A stretch of 43,370 bases of DNA from assembly GCA_028276165.1 (NCBI GenBank), contig JAPYWV010000001.1, positions 1-43,370 of the forward strand, written 5' to 3'. The notes under the pieces were generated by a model that saw only the letters and a program-made list of their open reading frames with translations, did no database searches and was not told where the DNA came from. The stretch comes from Acidilobaceae archaeon. Its GTDB lineage: Archaea; Thermoproteota; Thermoprotei_A; Sulfolobales; Acidilobaceae. Position numbers and translations under genes: made by a program. Shown in pieces: positions 7,922 through 16,407 of the stretch; within the stretch, counting starts at the first letter, position 1, and each line of letters opens with the position of its first letter.

Positions 7922-8350
7922 CTAAACCCTAGCCCTCCTATACTCCAACACCTTTAAACCCCTAATCCCGCTAGAGTGCCTAACGTTCCCCGTTACAACC
8001 ATAGCCCCATGCTCTCTTGCAATAACACCGATAAGGACATCCCTTAAATCAACCCTTCATCCGAGGAGCTCAAGATACCCCATATCCTCTCCAGCTTTAA
8101 TCGCCTCCTCACTGGATAAGCTGAGCACCTCTAGGATCTCAGCTAACCTTCTAACATGGCTGATTTTGCCAGCACCTAGCTTAGATGCACCCCATGCAAG
8201 CTCGAAGATGTTGATGGAGGTTGTAGCTAAAGTTACACCCCTACCTTTAAGATCTGCTATTAACTTGATGCTTTCATCTACTCCACGAAGGAAATCGATG
8301 AGAACGTCCGAGTCGAGAACTACTCTTCTCGCAACCTCCACGAACCCCAC
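7922..8350 (-). pseudogene. vapC: VapC PIN-domain toxin with in-frame TGA at 8057-8059
   Basis: VVLDSDVLID…ELAWGA…YLELLG* continues in frame as RVDLRDVLIGVIAREHGAMVVTGNVRHSSGIRGLKVLEY, completing the PIN fold. Confidence 0.88.
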
Positions 8351-8964
8351 GCCTCCCTAATGCTCTTCATAACCCCCTCGATCCTCTCACTCGGGACATC
8401 CTTCCAGGCCCCTGCTAGCTCCATTACTTCCTTTGCCTCCCTCGCAAGCCTGAGTATGACGTCTGAGAAGGTCTCCCCAGGCCTTTTTAACGTTAAGAGT
8501 GTTTCGTAAGCCTCCAGGGTTACCGTTATAGTCTTAACATTCGTAACGCTCACTTCTGTTCTAGCTTGGATTTCTTTTTCAACAAGCTTTATGAGCTCTT
8601 CTAAGCTCAGCCTCTCTATTACAAGGTTCCTCCCATCCCATAAGGTAAACGTAGATGTTTCCCTAATCCTCTTAACGTATCTATACAATGCTGTTTTATC
8701 GCTAAAGCCTAGGTAGTAGCTCAGTTTCTCCAGGGAGACGTTCAGCCTCTCATTTAGGTAAACCACGCAAGCTACCTCCATGACATCCTGCCATACAGGT
8801 CTACCATATCTTTGGAGGGAACCGTACTTCTCAATGATCTTAGAGATCCTAACCCTAACCTCCTCTAACCTCTCGAAACACACCCTGGGAATCACTACCC
8901 CCTCCAACCAAGTCACCTTACCTGAACTCACACCCTCTTCACGGCCATGAACCATAGGCTCCAC
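8320..8964 (-). CDS. vapB: Chimeric ORF: probable integrase N-terminal fragment fused to a VapB antitoxin (antitoxin part 8553-8320)
   Basis: C-terminal KTITVTLEAYETLLTLKRPGETFSDVILRL…ELAGAW is a typical archaeal VapB overlapping vapC. The N-part has an HTH-like segment (SLEKLSYYLGFSDKTALYRYVKRI) that resembles crenarchaeal integrase N-termini as recalled. Confidence 0.65.
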   Translation of the reverse strand: MEPMVHGREEGVSSGKVTWLEGVVIPRVCFERLEEVRVRISKIIEKYGSLQRYGRPVWQDVMEVACVVYLNERLNVSLEKLSYYLGFSDKTALYRYVKRIRETSTFTLWDGRNLVIERLSLEELIKLVEKEIQARTEVSVTNVKTITVTLEAYETLLTLKRPGETFSDVILRLAREAKEVMELAGAWKDVPSERIEGVMKSIREAWGSWRLREE

Positions 8965-9187
8965 CAGAAGGCTCTAACCGAAGTTTATGAGGGGGGTTAA
9001 TAAGCTATAAACGTTCTTAGCTAGGTCTCTCAGAGCTCTACGTAGGAAAGGGTTACTTGAAGAACCTCTTTGACATTAACACCCTCATGCTTCCAGCCTA
9101 GGATCCCCCCAGGCGTTTAGTTAGGATCTTCTGGAGCACTTAGCAATACCGTTAACTGCCATCAGTAAGCTTGGGAGGCCTTAGGTC

Positions 9188-10102
9188 TCAAGGGAACCAT
9201 GTCCAGCCCTTTGGTTCCACCCTTCTTCCTTTGAAGTACACGCCCTCCCCCACTTCGACCCTCCCGGCTACATGGCATTCTACGCCCTCTCTCCTACAGT
9301 AGCCTAGTAGGCATTCGAGGTTGTCTTCTGGTATTGTTACTGCTATGTTGTAGTCTTCCCAGCTTTCTAGAAGCTCCTCCTCTGCTAGTCCTAGCTCCTG
9401 TACCAACCTTACAGCCTCTCTTACCACGTGGATCTCCTCAACAACAACCTTAACCTTGCTGGCTTCCGAGAGCTGGTGTAGTGTTGCAGCCCACCCATCG
9501 CTATTATCTATCGCTGCTGTAGCATTACACTCTGATATTCTCAAGCCAACCCCGAGGTTCACCCTAGGTCTCCTTGTAAACTCCATGGCTTCAGGGTACT
9601 CCCTTATATCCACTAGCCCTTTCAGGGCCATGGAGGCTATGAGGCCGTAACCTAGAGGCCCCACCTGTACCAGGATATCCCCTGGTCTAGCACCGGATCT
9701 CGGTATAGGCTTTAAGGTAACCCCTATGACGGCCACGTCGATCCAAGTGTCATGAGCACTCCTATTAGTATCGGCCTTTAACACCCTAACGTTAGCCCAC
9801 CTACACGCCTCCCCAACACCTCTAGCAACCTCTAACACCACATCCCTTGAGGGTGCCCCCACGCTGTAGAGGACTGCTAGAGGCCTACCACCGCCAGCTA
9901 TGACATCGGACATCGAGGCTACCACAGCCTTCCAACCCCAATCACTCCAGCTCATCCATGGTAGTCTTGAGCTTGAAGCCTCATAGCCGTCAATGTTGAC
10001 CACAAAGCCCCCTAGGGGTGGGGAGTCGAAGTCGAAAAGTTCTAGGGAACCTGCTAGCCTTGACAGCTCTCTTAGGAGCTCAAGCCACCCTCTAAAAGAC
10101 AA
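9188..10102 (-). CDS. thiL: Thiamine-monophosphate kinase
   Basis: GWKAVVASMSDVIAGGG, RSGARPGD, AAIDNSDG and EDY motifs of the PurM/ThiL family. Confidence 0.88.
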   Translation of the reverse strand: MSFRGWLELLRELSRLAGSLELFDFDSPPLGGFVVNIDGYEASSSRLPWMSWSDWGWKAVVASMSDVIAGGGRPLAVLYSVGAPSRDVVLEVARGVGEACRWANVRVLKADTNRSAHDTWIDVAVIGVTLKPIPRSGARPGDILVQVGPLGYGLIASMALKGLVDIREYPEAMEFTRRPRVNLGVGLRISECNATAAIDNSDGWAATLHQLSEASKVKVVVEEIHVVREAVRLVQELGLAEEELLESWEDYNIAVTIPEDNLECLLGYCRREGVECHVAGRVEVGEGVYFKGRRVEPKGWTWFP

Positions 10103-10182
10103 TGTAGCTAGCCCATCTCCAGATGTTTAGCTCAACCCTATTATAAGCTCTCCCGCTCAAACCCACCGGTGGTGTCAGCCGC

Positions 10183-11202
10183 TTGGACGACCCCATCATA
10201 GACTTCCACACCCACCTACCATGGAGGCCTAGGGATCCTCTTGAAGCCTCCAGGGCCCTCCTGGAGGCCATGGACCATGCCGGGGTTACCCTAGCTGTTA
10301 CTATAAACGTTGAGTTCGCTGTAAGAACTTTCCTCGAAAACGTTAGCTCACGTAGGATCGTCGAGGCGGCAGCCGAAGCCCTAGACTACCTTATAGTAGC
10401 TAGGATACCATACATACACAAGATGGTAATGGAGCCTGAGTGGGCTGTAGAAGAGCATGTTAGGTTTATGAGGGAAAACCATAGGGATAACGTTGACTTC
10501 GTTAGGGTAGCTAGCACCGGTAGGCTCATACCCGTGGCTAGCTTCAACCCGGATTTAAGCATAAGAGAGAACCTTGATAGGTTGAAGGCTCTTGGTGACA
10601 GGGTGCTAGGTGTTAAGGTGTTCCCAACACTCCACTTCACGAGACCGGATAGCGAGAAGCTTAAACCAGTATACGACTACATAGCTGGTATGAACGGTGT
10701 AGTGGTAGTCCATACAGGGTGCGACCCGGGCATCTGGGAGCTTCCATCATTCTGCTCTAACGCTAGACCATCATATGTAGCTAGGGCTGCGAGGGAGAAC
10801 AAGGATGTAAGGTTCATAGTAGCACACCTGGGAGCATATAGCGCCTTAAACCCAGGCATATTCTTCAGGGAAGCCCTGGAAGCCCTAACACTTGATAACG
10901 TGTACGCCGACACATCAGCTGTAGACCCATACTTTGTTAGAAGAGCTGTAGAGGAGGTAGGCTACGATAAGATACTCTTTGGAAGCGACTACCCGATGGT
11001 ACAGGGGCTTGATATAGCCTCAGCTCTAGAGGATATAATGATGTTAGATATACCGTGGAAGGCTAAGAGAGCGATGATAACGGATAATCCTTTAAAGCTA
11101 CTTAGAACATGGCATGGATGGGAGAGGGTGGGAGCTCTAAAGCTGAGAGATGTTACGGGATACGCTAGAGATAGGGTTCACCTAGGAGACCCCACAGGTT
11201 AG
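10183..11202 (+). CDS. Amidohydrolase family protein (amidohydro_2)
   Basis: IIDFHTH, VVHTG, IVAHLG, NVYADTS and ILFGSDYP motifs. Confidence 0.9.
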   Translation: MDDPIIDFHTHLPWRPRDPLEASRALLEAMDHAGVTLAVTINVEFAVRTFLENVSSRRIVEAAAEALDYLIVARIPYIHKMVMEPEWAVEEHVRFMRENHRDNVDFVRVASTGRLIPVASFNPDLSIRENLDRLKALGDRVLGVKVFPTLHFTRPDSEKLKPVYDYIAGMNGVVVVHTGCDPGIWELPSFCSNARPSYVARAARENKDVRFIVAHLGAYSALNPGIFFREALEALTLDNVYADTSAVDPYFVRRAVEEVGYDKILFGSDYPMVQGLDIASALEDIMMLDIPWKAKRAMITDNPLKLLRTWHGWERVGALKLRDVTGYARDRVHLGDPTG

Positions 11203-11771
11203 GGTTTAACGCCCGTATAACCCCTATACTCCAGCCACGGCTTATAGCAGATGTTGTACCACAAGCTCCTGTAGTCCAGCCTCCTAAGCTTCAGTAGGAG
11301 GCTTCTACTATAGGGTTTAATCATGATCACATCGTCATCGTACATACACGCTATAGCTTCGAGAACCTCAACGACATCGTACCCCAGCTCCCTCTCAGCA
11401 GTACTCCACCCTAGAACCCTATAACCTAGACTCTCGAAAAGCCTCTGAGATCTAATGTTATCCCCAGTCGTAGATGCTATGTAGACCTTTGAGCCTTCAC
11501 CCTCCAGGAGCTCCTCCAGAGATGTAACAAGCACTTTACCGAGACCTAAACCCCTATACCCTCTCCTAACGTAGACATAGTAGATGACACCCACCGTCAA
11601 CATAGGGCCTACGACGGTGTAACCCACAGCTGATCCAGCATCGATACCATTGACTTTCACGACTACACCCGAACCACCATTCTCTACAGCTGCTTTCACG
11701 AAAACCTGGTGGTATCTGGAGAGCTCCTCTGACATGAGCTTCAGGGCCGAGACTTCATCCTCGTACACCAC
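11199..11771 (-). CDS. GNAT family N-acetyltransferase
   Basis: YVYVRRGYRGLGLGK acetyl-CoA motif; NIRSQRLFESLGY. Confidence 0.88.
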   Translation of the reverse strand: MVYEDEVSALKLMSEELSRYHQVFVKAAVENGGSGVVVKVNGIDAGSAVGYTVVGPMLTVGVIYYVYVRRGYRGLGLGKVLVTSLEELLEGEGSKVYIASTTGDNIRSQRLFESLGYRVLGWSTAERELGYDVVEVLEAIACMYDDDVIMIKPYSRSLLLKLRRLDYRSLWYNICYKPWLEYRGYTGVKP

Positions 11772-11816
11772 TATTCCATATGTGGTAACCCCCTTAGATG
11801 TCTAACGTTAGCCCCC

Positions 11817-12083
11817 CTACTGTTGCTTCATCTTCTCCATAACATACTTCTTGTATATGACCCTCCACATCGTGGGCTCGATGTCGAGTAGCCATGCTGG
11901 TATCTTCTTCACCAGCTCGTAGGCCTCCTCCCAGCTCTCAAGACCTAGGGCTGCTGCCAGCTGCTCCAAGGTCATCTCAGTCCTCTTATACCTCCGTAGT
12001 ATCCTTAAAGTCTCCTCGTTAATCTCAACCTCCTTATCCCCAACTTTTACGACGAACCTCTCCTCACTACCCAAAGGGTACAC
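11817..12083 (-). CDS. Hypothetical protein, possible HTH
   Basis: 88-aa ORF with normal codon usage and an MTLEQLAAALGL HTH-like segment. Confidence 0.7.
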   Translation of the reverse strand: MYPLGSEERFVVKVGDKEVEINEETLRILRRYKRTEMTLEQLAAALGLESWEEAYELVKKIPAWLLDIEPTMWRVIYKKYVMEKMKQQ

Positions 12084-12154
12084 CCTAGCCCAAGACCTAG
12101 GCTGTGGCTACAGCTTAAAAGGTCTAAAGGCAACAATCCTGGGGGGTGTAATGG

Positions 12155-12382
12155 TTGCCCGTGGAGATAACAGATCTAAATGTGTTCGCGGAAATAGCTA
12201 GAAGGGCTATAGAGTGTAGGATTAAGAGGGGGAAGGGCAACATAGTTAAGGTTAAGGCTAGAACCAAGAGGTACCTCTACACCTACAAGACAACAGAAGA
12301 TCAGCTACAGGATGTTCTAAACAAGATACAGTGTAAAAACGTGGTAGACGTGGATAAGAAGGTCAAGTCTCAGAAGACGTAG
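12155..12382 (+). CDS. rpl38e: 50S ribosomal protein L38e (eL38)
   Basis: MPVEITD…F…ARR…VKVKARTKRYLYT matches the eL38 signature (K.K.R..RYLYT). Confidence 0.88.
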   Translation: MPVEITDLNVFAEIARRAIECRIKRGKGNIVKVKARTKRYLYTYKTTEDQLQDVLNKIQCKNVVDVDKKVKSQKT

Positions 12383-12566
12383 AGAAGAAGGAGTTCAACG
12401 AAACCAGCCAATTCGAGCTCTAGAAGACCCCCAAAAACTCCGGCTACACCTCAGCTCCTACTCTCAGCCGAACCACACACCCTATACTAACTGGTAGATC
12501 GATCTCTAGCACATCCCATCCCTATAAAGGTTTCATTTAACCGCTACTACTGTATAGTGTTGCGGG

Positions 12567-13823
12567 TTGGCTAGGGTTAAGGTTCTTGGTAGTGGTAGGG
12601 AGGTTGGTAGGGCTGCTATCCTTGTTGAGGGTAGTGGTGGTTCTCTCCTTATGGATTACGGTGTTAACTTCGATGAGAGGGATAACCCTATATTCCCTGA
12701 GCATGTTAGGCCTCGTGACCTAAGTGGTGTTGTCCTAACCCATAGCCACCTCGATCACGTTGGCGCAGCACCCATGCTCTATACAAGTGTTAAGCCTAGG
12801 CTTTACGCTACACCCCTAACACTGGATGTTACGAGGCTACTGTTATACGATATGATTAAGATTAGTGGTGCCAGCCTCCCCTTCGATGAGAGCGTCGTTG
12901 ATGACATGATTTCATCGGCCACAGCTATAGGCTACAATGAGGAGGTTGACCTGGGTGGTTTGAGGTTTAAACTCCTCTACTCAGGCCACATCCCAGGATC
13001 CGCTAGCGTTCTGGTCGAAGTTGATGGGAGGACTGTGCTTTACACAAGCGATGTTAACGTTATAGAGACTAAGCTTATGGGCCCAGCTATGCTAGATGGG
13101 CTGAGCGTAGACCTGGTCATAGTTGAGTCGACGTACGGCTCAACAAACCACCCCCCAAGGCAGCTTGTCGAGGATAGGTTCTATGAGAGTTTAAGGGAGG
13201 TTGTCGAGTCAGGTGGTGTAGCCTTAGTTCCAGTGTTTAGCGTGAGTAGGGGCCAGGAGGTTCTATGCATTCTAGCCGAGAGGGATCCTCCGTGGCAGGT
13301 TTGGGTTGACGGTATGGTTAAGGATGTTGCGGGGCTCTACCTAAAACACTCGGGGTACATAAGACTCTACGGGCTCCTAGCGAAGGCCGTGAGGGAGTAC
13401 AACATAGTTAGAGGATGGCAGGATAGGAGGGTGGCCTACAGGGAGCCTGGAGTCATAGTGGCTAGCTCTGGCATGCTAAAGGGGGGTCCGAGCCTATATT
13501 ATCTGAAGAGGATAGCTGAGAACCCGAAAAACGCAGTATTCCTAGTAAGCTTCCAGGGGAGAGGAACGCCTGGGAGGCAGATACTAGAAACGGGGCTAGC
13601 CCTAGCAGAGGAGATACCGGTAAGAGCTAGGGTGGAGTGGTTCGACCTATCAAGCCACATAGACCAAAACGGGGTCATAAGGCTACTTAAGAACATGAAG
13701 GCAGACAGGGTAGCCCTAGTACATGGGACACCAAGAGCACAGGAAGCACTAGCAAAGAGGATCAAGGAAGAGCTAGGACTACAGGTGGAGATACCAGCAG
13801 TAGGAGACACGATAGAACTCTGA
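12567..13823 (+). CDS. MBL-fold beta-CASP ribonuclease (aCPSF2-like, no KH domains)
   Basis: GSGREVGRAA, THSHLDHVG, SGHIPGS, VESTYG, SSHID and LVHG motifs. Confidence 0.92.
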   Translation: MARVKVLGSGREVGRAAILVEGSGGSLLMDYGVNFDERDNPIFPEHVRPRDLSGVVLTHSHLDHVGAAPMLYTSVKPRLYATPLTLDVTRLLLYDMIKISGASLPFDESVVDDMISSATAIGYNEEVDLGGLRFKLLYSGHIPGSASVLVEVDGRTVLYTSDVNVIETKLMGPAMLDGLSVDLVIVESTYGSTNHPPRQLVEDRFYESLREVVESGGVALVPVFSVSRGQEVLCILAERDPPWQVWVDGMVKDVAGLYLKHSGYIRLYGLLAKAVREYNIVRGWQDRRVAYREPGVIVASSGMLKGGPSLYYLKRIAENPKNAVFLVSFQGRGTPGRQILETGLALAEEIPVRARVEWFDLSSHIDQNGVIRLLKNMKADRVALVHGTPRAQEALAKRIKEELGLQVEIPAVGDTIEL

Positions 13824-13904
13824 AACAACATCAACCCCGATGCCTCAAGGCTCAAAAAGGCTTCTAAACCGAATAGGCTGAAATCACTGTTACAACCTTA
13901 TAGC

Positions 13905-14590
13905 TTAAACCGAATCCTTAGCTAAGGCCACTAGACCGTACATAACTACCAGCATTACAAGATCTAAGTCTAGGCTTGGGTTATCCTTTACAATTCCTAT
14001 CGTGTGGCCACACCTAGAGCATGTCCTATAGGTGATCTCACCCACTATGCTATACTCAAAGGCATCCCTCCCTCTCACACTACAAGAGGGGCATTTGAAG
14101 TGCTCGTAGGACTCCATGAAGCCACACATGCACCTAAGGTATAGAACGTCTCTTGAGAAAATCTCGCCTCCCTCCTCACTATAGCTAGGATTGGTATGGA
14201 ACCGCATACAGGGCATCTCCCGTTAACCCACTGTAGCCTTAAACTCTTACCTCTAACAGCCTCATAAAGGGCTCTCTTGAAAAGCATCGATACCAGAGCC
14301 CTCTCCCCCTCCAGGGAACCCTCCATGACATCACGTACGCTAACATAACCTACATCGAGCTCATGCCTTCTAAAGATATCCTTAACAATCTCTAGAACAC
14401 CCTCCAACCCTCCCCTAACACCACCTGCGAGAAGAGGTAGCCTGCTAGGATCCACATCGAGATCAGGCAACCTAAGCCCCTTAACATCATCGAGTAGCTC
14501 TACGAACACCCTCAACACCTCCTCCAACTCACTCCTACAATCCTCTGTTGAGCACAAGAGATCAACATAACCTCGGTAATCCAAAACCAC
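13905..14590 (-). pseudogene. fdhE: Formate dehydrogenase accessory protein FdhE, frameshifted at ~14168-14178
   Basis: W..GRCPVCGSIP in one frame continues as YLRCMCG…KCPSC…TCSRCG in the overlapping frame. One base is missing in AGGAGGGAGGC. Confidence 0.8.
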
Positions 14591-14612
14591 ATTCCCTAGA
14601 TTAAAGTTGTAT

Positions 14613-14645
14613 TGTTACTAAGATTATTAATCTTAATGTTACTAA
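14613..14645. promoter_or_regulatory. Palindrome TAAGATTA-T-TAATCTTA with TGTTACTAA direct repeats between fdhE and the fdh remnants
   Basis: Palindrome at 14619-14635; repeats at 14613 and 14637 in an AT-rich divergent region. Confidence 0.5.
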
Positions 14646-14664
14646 TACTCTAATTCGAAGCCAA

Positions 14665-14760
14665 ATGCTCAGCTATCCTAAATCAGTTGTTGTTAATCCT
14701 AGAGCTGAGAAGCTTGAGATTAAGCCTAGGGATTTCGTTGAAATATTCACAGCAAGGGGC
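14665..14760 (+). pseudogene. fdhA: Remnant of a molybdopterin oxidoreductase (formate dehydrogenase alpha) C-terminal domain
   Basis: YPKSVVVNPRAEKLEIKPRDFVEIFTARG matches the molybdopterin-dinucleotide-binding pattern NP..A..LGI..GD.V.I.T.RG. Confidence 0.7.
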
Positions 14761-14762
14761 AT

Positions 14763-14993
14763 GATAAGTGTATAGGTTGTAAAGCGTGCCAGATGGTATG
14801 CTAGGAGTGGAATGGTAGGAAGGTTCTTAACACGTCTCTCAGCCCTACCTTCACAAACCCGCAGGACCTCCAGCTGATGTCTGGAAGGTTGAGGTCCTCC
14901 CGAATCCCCTACAAGCAAGACGTTTAAGTTCGCTGAGGCAGAGGTTACTATAAACACTATGGAGGTAGTCCCGGTATCCTACAACTGCCTCCA
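14763..14993 (+). pseudogene. fdhB: Remnant of formate dehydrogenase Fe-S beta subunit
   Basis: DKCIGCKACQMVC*EWN…FTNPQDL…DVWKV…YNCLH with a stop and frameshifts; truncated at the IS-end copy. Confidence 0.78.
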
Positions 14994-15068
14994 CCATAGG
15001 TGTGGATGAAGCTGGTGAACTCACACCAAGCCCAACCTCGCTACGGAATTTCCGTTAGCGGGGAAACG
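14994..15068 (+). mobile_element. Second copy of the element right end
   Basis: About 64 of 78 aligned positions identical to 3627-3550 (minus) by manual alignment; same …TTAGCGGGGAAACG terminus. Confidence 0.8.
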
Positions 15069-15371
15069 AGTACGTCAATAGCTAGGCTTATAGGAGTAGC
15101 TGTTAGGGGAGGTTTAACTTTGAAAGATCTGCTACAATCATCACGTAGAGGGCGTCATCGGATATGGTTTTTGAAATTTGCGAACATGGGGGTACCAATA
15201 GTTGTATCCGCGAGGGGGCTCCTCTACAGCGGTCTCACGGCAACAGCTCTCTTCAAGGTAACCATCATATTGTGCATAAGGAGAGGTGGTAGGGTTAGAG
15301 GCCCAGTTATCCTAACATATCCTGAAAGGGTTATAGGCTATGAGAGGAAAGATTACACGCTACCAGAGTAG
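15069..15371 (+). pseudogene. fdhD: C-terminal remnant of FdhD sulfurtransferase
   Basis: TSIARLIG…, an alternate-frame RASSDMV, then GVPIVVSARG…LTYPERV, matching the FdhD C-terminal pattern. Confidence 0.7.
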
Positions 15372-15433
15372 GTGTTAAAGGACCGCTAACACCTAAAACT
15401 TTTTAAATCCCGCCTCCTAATAACTTTCCCTGG

Positions 15434-15508
15434 GCCGCCGTAGCTCAGCGGGAGAGCGCCCGGCTGAAGACCGGGTGGTCGGGGGTTCGAATCCCCCCGG
15501 CGGCACCA
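15434..15508 (+). tRNA. tRNA-Phe (GAA), no intron, CCA encoded
   Basis: Acceptor GCCGCCG/CGGCGGC, D arm GCTC/GAGC, anticodon arm CCCGG-CTGAAGA-CCGGG, GTTCGAATC T-loop, ACCA end; TATA TTTTTAAA ~30 nt upstream. Confidence 0.98.
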
Positions 15509-16276
15509 TCACCACTTGTACTCGGGCCTCCTCTTCTCCACGAAGGCTCTCGCAGCCTCCCTAGCTTCGCTCCCCCTCGCTAGTCTCTCTAGCTCGCTGA
15601 ACCCTAGTTCTAGTAGTGGTGTTAGCTTAGCTAGCCTTAGGAGCTTCTTTATTGATCTTATTGCTTGTGGTGAGTTCTCCATTATGCTCCTAGCTATCCT
15701 CTGAACCTCCTCTCTTAGAGTCTTCTGGTCTGGGGCTAGCCTTGCTATGAGCCCTATGTGGTGTGCCTCCTTGGCTGTCAGAGGCTCCAGTGTCATTGCT
15801 AGCATTGCTGTCCTCGATGGTCCTAGAACGCTTAGGCCTATAACCGGTAGTATTGGTGTGTTGTAGCCCCACCTAGCCTCAGCCCATACGAGCTTAGCGT
15901 TCTCAACTGAGACCACTATGTCTGCAGCCCATATTAGCTCTGCTCCACCACCGTAGGCGTCACCGTTCAAGGCTAGGATGAGGGGTTTATCAACGTAGAG
16001 CATCCTCCTAGCAAGCCTAGCTATGGATGCGAAAAGCCTCCCAGCCTCCTCTGGGGAGCTCGCGCTAGCAACCTCGGATAAATCTGCACCAGCGGAGAAA
16101 ACCCTACCCTCACCTGTAACAGCTATGACTCTAACATCACCCCTACCCTCAAGCTCGTCGAGAGCCCTTATAACCTCCTCTACCACCTCTGAGTTCAAAG
16201 CGTTAAGCTTCTCAACCCTCCTAAGTACAACCCATCCAACACCATCTAAAACCTCTACGCTAACAAACCTGTACAA
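15509..16276 (-). CDS. Enoyl-CoA hydratase/isomerase family
   Basis: KLNALN, FSAGADL and ALNGDAYGGGAEL crotonase motifs. Confidence 0.92.
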   Translation of the reverse strand: MYRFVSVEVLDGVGWVVLRRVEKLNALNSEVVEEVIRALDELEGRGDVRVIAVTGEGRVFSAGADLSEVASASSPEEAGRLFASIARLARRMLYVDKPLILALNGDAYGGGAELIWAADIVVSVENAKLVWAEARWGYNTPILPVIGLSVLGPSRTAMLAMTLEPLTAKEAHHIGLIARLAPDQKTLREEVQRIARSIMENSPQAIRSIKKLLRLAKLTPLLELGFSELERLARGSEAREAARAFVEKRRPEYKW

Positions 16277-16330
16277 AGCCTTACACCGCCTAAACCCTAG
16301 GCTGGGGGTTGAATTTAAAACTATGCTGTG

Positions 16331-16375
16331 TTAACGTGTTATCTAAGAGTTTAACGTGTAAGACAATTATTTAAA
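16331..16375 (+). promoter_or_regulatory. iorA promoter: TTAACGTGT direct repeats (16331, 16351) before TATA TATTTAAA
   Basis: Two exact 9-mers 20 bp apart upstream of a TATA at 16368-16375. Confidence 0.45.
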
Positions 16376-16407
16376 CTCCCGAAGTCTCCTATAAACAGGG
16401 GTACGGC

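Noticed and set aside
8057..8059. Selenocysteine readthrough of the vapC TGA
   Set aside because: The position is not a Cys/catalytic site, Sec is not known in Crenarchaeota, and another likely degenerate change (HSS for HFS) points to decay.
12383..12520. Possible degraded gene on the minus strand after rpl38e
   Set aside because: Only short stop-interrupted frames with no recognisable motif.
14802..14804. Pyrrolysine at the TAG in the fdhB relic
   Set aside because: The fragment also has frameshifts and deletions; a simple AAG-to-TAG nonsense change is more plausible.
14673..14957. 94-aa minus-strand ORF
   Set aside because: Antisense shadow of the fdhA/fdhB remnants.
15434..15508. tRNA-Phe as attachment site of an integrated element
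   Set aside because: No duplicated tRNA half or intact integrase is visible in the window.
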